Shown here piece after piece: positions 57,956-64,000 of a stretch of 64,000 bases of DNA. The DNA is from Phoronis australis (taxonomy: Eukaryota > Animalia > Phoronida). Each line of letters opens with the position of its first letter. The first letter of the stretch is position 1. Under the pieces are notes generated by a model. The model was not told the DNA's origin. It searched no databases and saw nothing but the letters and a program-made list of their open reading frames with translations. The stretch lies in assembly GCA_002633005.1 (NCBI GenBank), contig NMRA01000086.1, positions 186,001 to 250,000 of the forward strand, in the 5' to 3' direction. Position numbers and translations under genes: made by a program.

Positions 57956-59650
57956 CTACAATCAAAGGACAGGCATACAGTGCGTAGCATAGTTAGTAGC
58001 GACTGTGGCTCATGACTACGGGCTAAGAGGCATCGCATGCCACGAGCAATAAACAAAAACCAGGAGCAAACACACACAGGCGTGAACTTGTGACAACTGT
58101 TGGTCTAGCCGACAGCAGGCATTAAACTTGCTCATTTCCATTCAACCGCGACCAGAACATTGAGAAGACTTGATCCAAAACAATAGCTGGTGAGATCAGC
58201 AACACATTACCATGTTTGCATTGACTTGATTTAACATGTGAGTCAATTCAACCAAGTACAGAACCAAAAATAACAACGTTATATAAGCTAGGACATGACA
58301 AAGAGAATGCAAATGTTAACTTCTGTTGAGGCGATGTGTTCTCCACAGCTGTGCTGAATCTAACATGCAAGTTAATATATATAAGACAGGATAGAACACA
58401 ACAAGTGACAATTTGCGGTAACAGTTTGCAGTAACTATCATCAGGCAACAGAAAAGCATGCAAAACTAGCATGCAACAATTTCGCCCAGCCCATGTACAC
58501 ATATTTACAACAGTGGCAAATAGATAGGGAAATGGCAACTTAAAATAACTAACAAAGTTATTGTGATTAAATTTAGATAGTTTTCTGATATTTAAAATAC
58601 AAACAGAAGTGCAAGTTTCCATTGCCATTGACATGTGGCAGACCAAGTTGATTTATTATACTCAGGCTGTAAATGACCAGTACAAACCAAGGTGCTTATA
58701 GTCAACTGTCTGCAAAAACAAGTTTTTGCCCAATCAGACAAGGAATGATTTGTTTTACCACATTCAGTAACTATTCCTCCGAGAATGCTTTTGGCATTGA
58801 CAGAGGTGACTCTCTACTTCAGACTGGGGTGAAATCTTACAGTACTTTAGATAGAGCATGGGTTATCTTATAGTGGTGCAGCTTCTATGGCTCAAAGTTT
58901 TGAGGCACTCCAACTTCACAGCTCCAGTTCTGGCAGCGCTGCACAGTCAAACTATTATTAAAGCTTCTTTAGTTACTTATTGACAGCTGCAACACAATTG
59001 GCACATTTTCAATCAAAATACCCAAATACAGATGTTTATTCGTGTTGTTCGTACTATACAAATAAAGATTTTTACTAACACTCAGGGGTCAGGCAGAAAT
59101 GCCAGTGAGAGTATAACCTCACCATCATGCCATAGACTAAATTGAAAACTAGATGATCATAGTAGCCCAGACAGACTGTGTAAACTACTGGTATATGCAG
59201 CATGTGGTCTGCATTAGCCCAGGGGAAACAATCACAGAGTTAGGAGACTGTACCATTCTAGAGGGAAGGCAAGAGATGAGGAGGAGACAGGATTTGAGTG
59301 TGGTGATTCTATACTTACTTAGCACACCCGAAATTAGTTGGAAAATAATATTTTTCATGGAGAGAATGTCTATCCTTTTATCTAATTCACACACAGTCAG
59401 TTTTGTAATTCAGAAAATAGCAGTACAACGTCCAGAGTGTTTCACCAATGATGGGGGTAAAATACTCTTATATTGGTACAGGTTAAAGTAATTTAATTAC
59501 TGTTAATTGGGTCAAAGTTGTCTACCTCTGGACCGCATTTCGCTAAATTCACATAGGCCCAAGCAGTTGGTGATGCTTGCTCAATCAGTGGCGAAGTCTG
59601 TATATTCAGTTTATTTGGCACAAAATTATAAGCAAAACAGCTGTAACATG

Positions 59651-60980
59651 AGCGCAACAGGACACTTTTATGACAAAGGCTTGTTAGTTATTACTTTTTT
59701 GAAACAGAATTTGCCAATTTAAGAAAAACAGAAAAAAACAGCATTTTAGGTTTGCTAAAATGGATTTGTTTTAGAAAATGAAAATTCAGCACATATTGTG
59801 CAAATGGTTCCCTATATACGACAGAATATCCTGACAGAAGACCACCAACTGAGGAGAAGCAATGCCAAAAATTAGTAACTGTATTGTATTAATGCCAACT
59901 TCCTGTTTTCCACTTTGACTATACTACAAGGTACAAAACATTTCATTGTAATGTGAAACTTCAATAGGAAACACTCTACATACAACTCATGGTGAAAGCA
60001 AACAGTTTCTTTCAGTTGATCCAGTTTCTAATTTCGGTGCTCAAGATGGGGGTAGAGTTGACAAGGCCAAAAAGCGAATAATTTTCATTCATGGATATTT
60101 TGAGTTATTAGCCATCCATTCATGTGAATCATCTGAATAACCCATCTACTGCACAAACAGAAACAATTTGACGACACGATGTACATGGAGAATTTATAAA
60201 GAATGTAGGGAAATATCCCAGTNAATGAATTATTTTCATTCGTTGTCATGTATCATTGTATTCTTAACATCAGTTTTCTATTTATGTATTCGTATATAAT
60301 CATTGTATATAGACTTCTTTGTATTTTTTTACCCAGATCTAATGCCTCTTGGCGCTTTCTGGGTTATGTATATTCATTGTATTCTGAAGATTTCGTAATA
60401 AACATCAAAAAAGCGCAACAGGACACTTTTACGACAATGGCTTGTTATTTATTTTTTTGAAACAGAATTTGCCAATTTAAGAAAAACAGCATTTTAGGTT
60501 TGCTAAAATGGATTTGTTTTAGAAAATGAAAATTCAGCACATATTGTGCAAATGGTTATCTATACACAACAGAATATCCTGACAGAAGACCACCAACTGA
60601 GGAGAAGAAATGCCAAAAATTAGTAACTGTATTGTATTAATGCTAACTTCCTGTACTCCACTTTGACTATACTACAAGGTACAAAACATTTCACTGTAAT
60701 GTGAAACTTCAATAGGAAACACTCTACATACAACTCATGGTGAAAGCAAACAGTTTCTTTCAGTTGATCCAGTTTCTAATTTCGGTGCTCAAGATGGGGG
60801 TAGAGTTGACAAGGCCAAAAAGCGAATAATTTTCATTCATGGATATTTTGAGTTATTAGCCATCCATTCATGTGAATCATCTGAATAACCCACCTACTGC
60901 ACAAACAGAAACAATTTGACGACACGATGTACATGGAGAATTTATAAAGAATGTAGGGAAATATCCCAGTGTCATGAATT
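59651..60980. repeat. About 570-bp direct duplication (59651-60235 and 60412-60980)
   Basis: Two near-identical copies differing by scattered substitutions and small indels. There is an N at 60223 at the end of the first copy. Confidence 0.9.
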
Positions 60981-63900
60981 CATACAGAATGTGGAACAGT
61001 GTCCACACACTGCCCTGATGCCATCTATTTCAGTATGTGGTTGCTATGTCAGAAAAAGGTTATTATTTAAGTGAGGAAAGGGTTAGAAACAAACGTGTAA
61101 AGCAATGCAGTTTAATCAGTGAATGGTGATTCACAAATGTGTAATGAGTAAAAATGGATGTCCCTTTAGACAGAGGAGACTCATTAGACCTAGGATTAGA
61201 GATTATGTTTATAGCATATGTGCAGAAGTCATAACAGTGGAGGTTCCTTATCACTGCTGAATTTACAAATGGTCAGACATAGTAGGTAATGTTATCTGCT
61301 AATGAGATGAGCAGAAGACATGCCTGATCCAGTTTCAGGAACAGATTCAAGAGGCCACAGCACAACAGGATACACCCAGGCTTCAACTTTCCAAGCACAG
61401 ACATGTGAACTAGTGGTGGTAACCAGAATAAGTCCTACTAATGCATTCAGAGGTCAAATACGATTTCTCAAAGATATCAAAACATTTCCTAAATTTGACT
61501 GATTGAGCATGTCCCATACAAGATCAGCTTTCACAATTTTGGTTTGAAAATCTTGGAAATTCCACATGAAATCTCCTTACTCACTGCATTCAAAAATGGC
61601 AATAGTGCACTTACAGTGCTCCCGCATTTTGAGAACCAGTTTTCTCCACTGAACTACGGGCATCAGACTGGTACTCAAAATCCAGAAGTCTTGCAAGTAA
61701 CTATGGCTCACAAAATCACCCACAGATCAGAGTTTGACCCTGATGACCTCATGCTGAGAAAACCATATAATCAGGATGACCCAATATTTGGAAATTAATG
61801 TGCCAATGAAGATCTAGTTAGGGGTTCATGGTCATATCCCCAGTGTATCAGATGATACACCTTATCGTCTCTGACAAATTTCCTTTTAATCAGTAAACGG
61901 CTAAGGAAATCTGATGCTCCAACTACTCTTTCACAAGGCTCTAGAGAAAAAATTGAAGTCAGAACATAGCTTTACACAGATGACACAAAGATGAATACAT
62001 AAAGGTTCACACAGATGTCAAAACACAAAACCTCTTCTAGGTTATTTGCAAGCTGTAACCACAGAGTTACCATAAACATTAAAAAGGAAATGAACGAATA
62101 GTTAGCAGAAGCTAAATTAAATTCACAGTTAAAGGCATGCAAGAAAACATTTCCGTTACTATAGTAACGGTGAGTGACCAGCCAGCCAGTGTTGGTTATA
62201 CACTACAGGGTTGAAAGCTCAAACAAGCACGTCATACCTACTCAGAATCTGTTAATATCAATTACTCAAAAAACCTTAGATTGAGAACTAATATTGTTTT
62301 GAAGCCACATAAAACACAACTTATCAAGATAAATTATTAGCGTTACTTTCTGATATGACAAGGTTCCTAGTTTAGCAGAACTGCACTGTGCGCTGAGAGC
62401 AGTTTATTGATTATTTCAGCGGTAAGTTTCTATGTCATAAACATGATTTGCTCTAAACTGAACCTGGTGAATTTTCTTCGACCTCGACACGGCAAGTGCC
62501 ATTTGCAATGGCATAAAATATCTTCTTCAAGAAAGAGGCCACTTGGCAGCAAACGACAGCTGTAATGTGAGTTGTTTCAAAGTTGTCTCAGATTAGGGGA
62601 GTTCTGCACTCTTTGCCAATTACAAAGTATGCTTGAAGAGGATTCTTATGAAACAACTAAGGACATCTCGCTCACACAATCAGAATCAATATAGCAAGTG
62701 GATGGAGTTGCTATCATTGAACAATCCACCCATGACTCCATAGTATTGTGAGAGTCCAAAAGTGACATCTCTTCGACCCAATTTTAAATTGTGCTAGTGA
62801 CACGCCCAATTCCACTGCTGTTAAACTGTACATGACATCACATGTTTGTGCAAAAACACTCTACTGCCACCTTGTGGTACACCAAATTTTAACACGTCAT
62901 TACTATATCAGAAAATGGCACTAGCTTTTTTGCACGCACATGCACACACAACGAAATCCAACTTGTTTCAGATTGAGATGCAATTTGTTTCTAGTGCAAA
63001 ATTGTGTGCAGCGTCAGTGTGCTGGCACTCTTAATTAAAGAGAAATTCTATGAATTTTACATTCGTTTTGGCAAATGTCACAGATTACGATGACTTATAA
63101 GATAACTGGATATTTTTCAGTGAAATTCAAAGTCAAAATTTGCAGTCCCGAAACCGTAGGTAGACATAACCATATCCATTTTTACTGTTTGCCTGCTATT
63201 ATGTCTTAGTTTTCATCTCCTGTTACCCAAGTTTTTGTTGGATCTTGTGTCTAAGTCTTGTGAATAATTCGTAGAGGTCCCTGAACTACATCACTGATGT
63301 TACATTCAGAATCAACCATTCAATAGCTTCAGTTGGTCCACCCCAGTTAGTAGTCAGTAACAAGTGATGACGTGTCATTACACATTCAGGAAAATGAAAC
63401 ATTTTCACTAATAAAACCACTTAAAAAGTCCAAACAGGCAATGTTTTAGTGGACATCATTTCTGCGCGCCCCCGGACTCCATGCCGTATGACAATAAATT
63501 CCATTCAACTATCCCAGTCAATAGAGACATTGGGTTCTTGCAGCCAAAGGTTGGAATTAGCAGCAGGCTCAGCAGACCACGTTAGTCAATTCATTTCTTG
63601 GTGAAAAACACACGCATAATCTTTTCTTTCAATGGCCATTCCATCTACCCTAGGTAGCTCCATGAGGTTTCTGCCTGTAGGCTAATGTCTGAAAATACTT
63701 ATTTACAGGGTCAGCAAATACTATTTACAGACAAGTTACACATCTAGCTTTGAACTACTACTGATACTACTAAGATACTCCATACATGTTCTATTCCCTA
63801 GTTTGTGGCTGAATTTTGTACGAATATGTATAACCATTATGTTGAGCGGAGTTTTTGTGTCACAAGCTTCCCATAGGTTTTAGGCATTCAAATCGTAAAC

Positions 63901-64000
63901 TAAAAATAGAAACTGGAAGACACCTTTTATGGAGTGTCCAGTGCATGAAGGTCTCAGGAAAAATTTGGTGATCTACTCAAAAAGACAATCATTTATTTGA

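Noticed and set aside
59123-59136. 14-nt minus-strand microexon candidate in the DNAJB6-like intron
   Set aside because: The only phase compatible with the next exon contains a stop codon, and there is no other support.
62153-62170. Perfect 18-bp palindrome CCGTTACTATAGTAACGG
   Set aside because: Isolated, with no associated element or function inferable.

Overview
AT-rich, intron-rich animal genomic DNA (probably a lophotrochozoan invertebrate; this is inferred from gene structure and repeat types) with one assembly gap (29051-29506). Six protein-coding loci were reconstructed by hand from splice signals and frame continuity. In order: (1) the 3' part of ERCC3/XPB (+); (2) a minus-strand gene in which a triose-phosphate/PEP-translocator-like (TPT/SLC35E) transporter exon splices in frame, across a 154-nt GT-AG intron, to a Pvg1/EpsI-type polysaccharide pyruvyltransferase exon; (3) a divergently transcribed type II membrane protein with beta-1,2-mannosyltransferase (GT91/Bmt)-like beta-propeller motifs (+); (4) an AT-hook plus 9x C2H2 zinc-finger gene (-); (5) MED24 (+, 19 coding exons, one GC-AG intron), head-to-head with gene 4; (6) the 3' part of a DNAJB6-like gene (-). 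Introns hold MITEs, a Helentron/DINE-1-like element, a Penelope-like hammerhead remnant and tandem repeats. The main candidate for a new system is the transporter-pyruvyltransferase fusion and its GT91-like neighbour, which together suggest a Golgi glycan-pyruvylation module in an animal. All family assignments come from motif recognition, not database searches.
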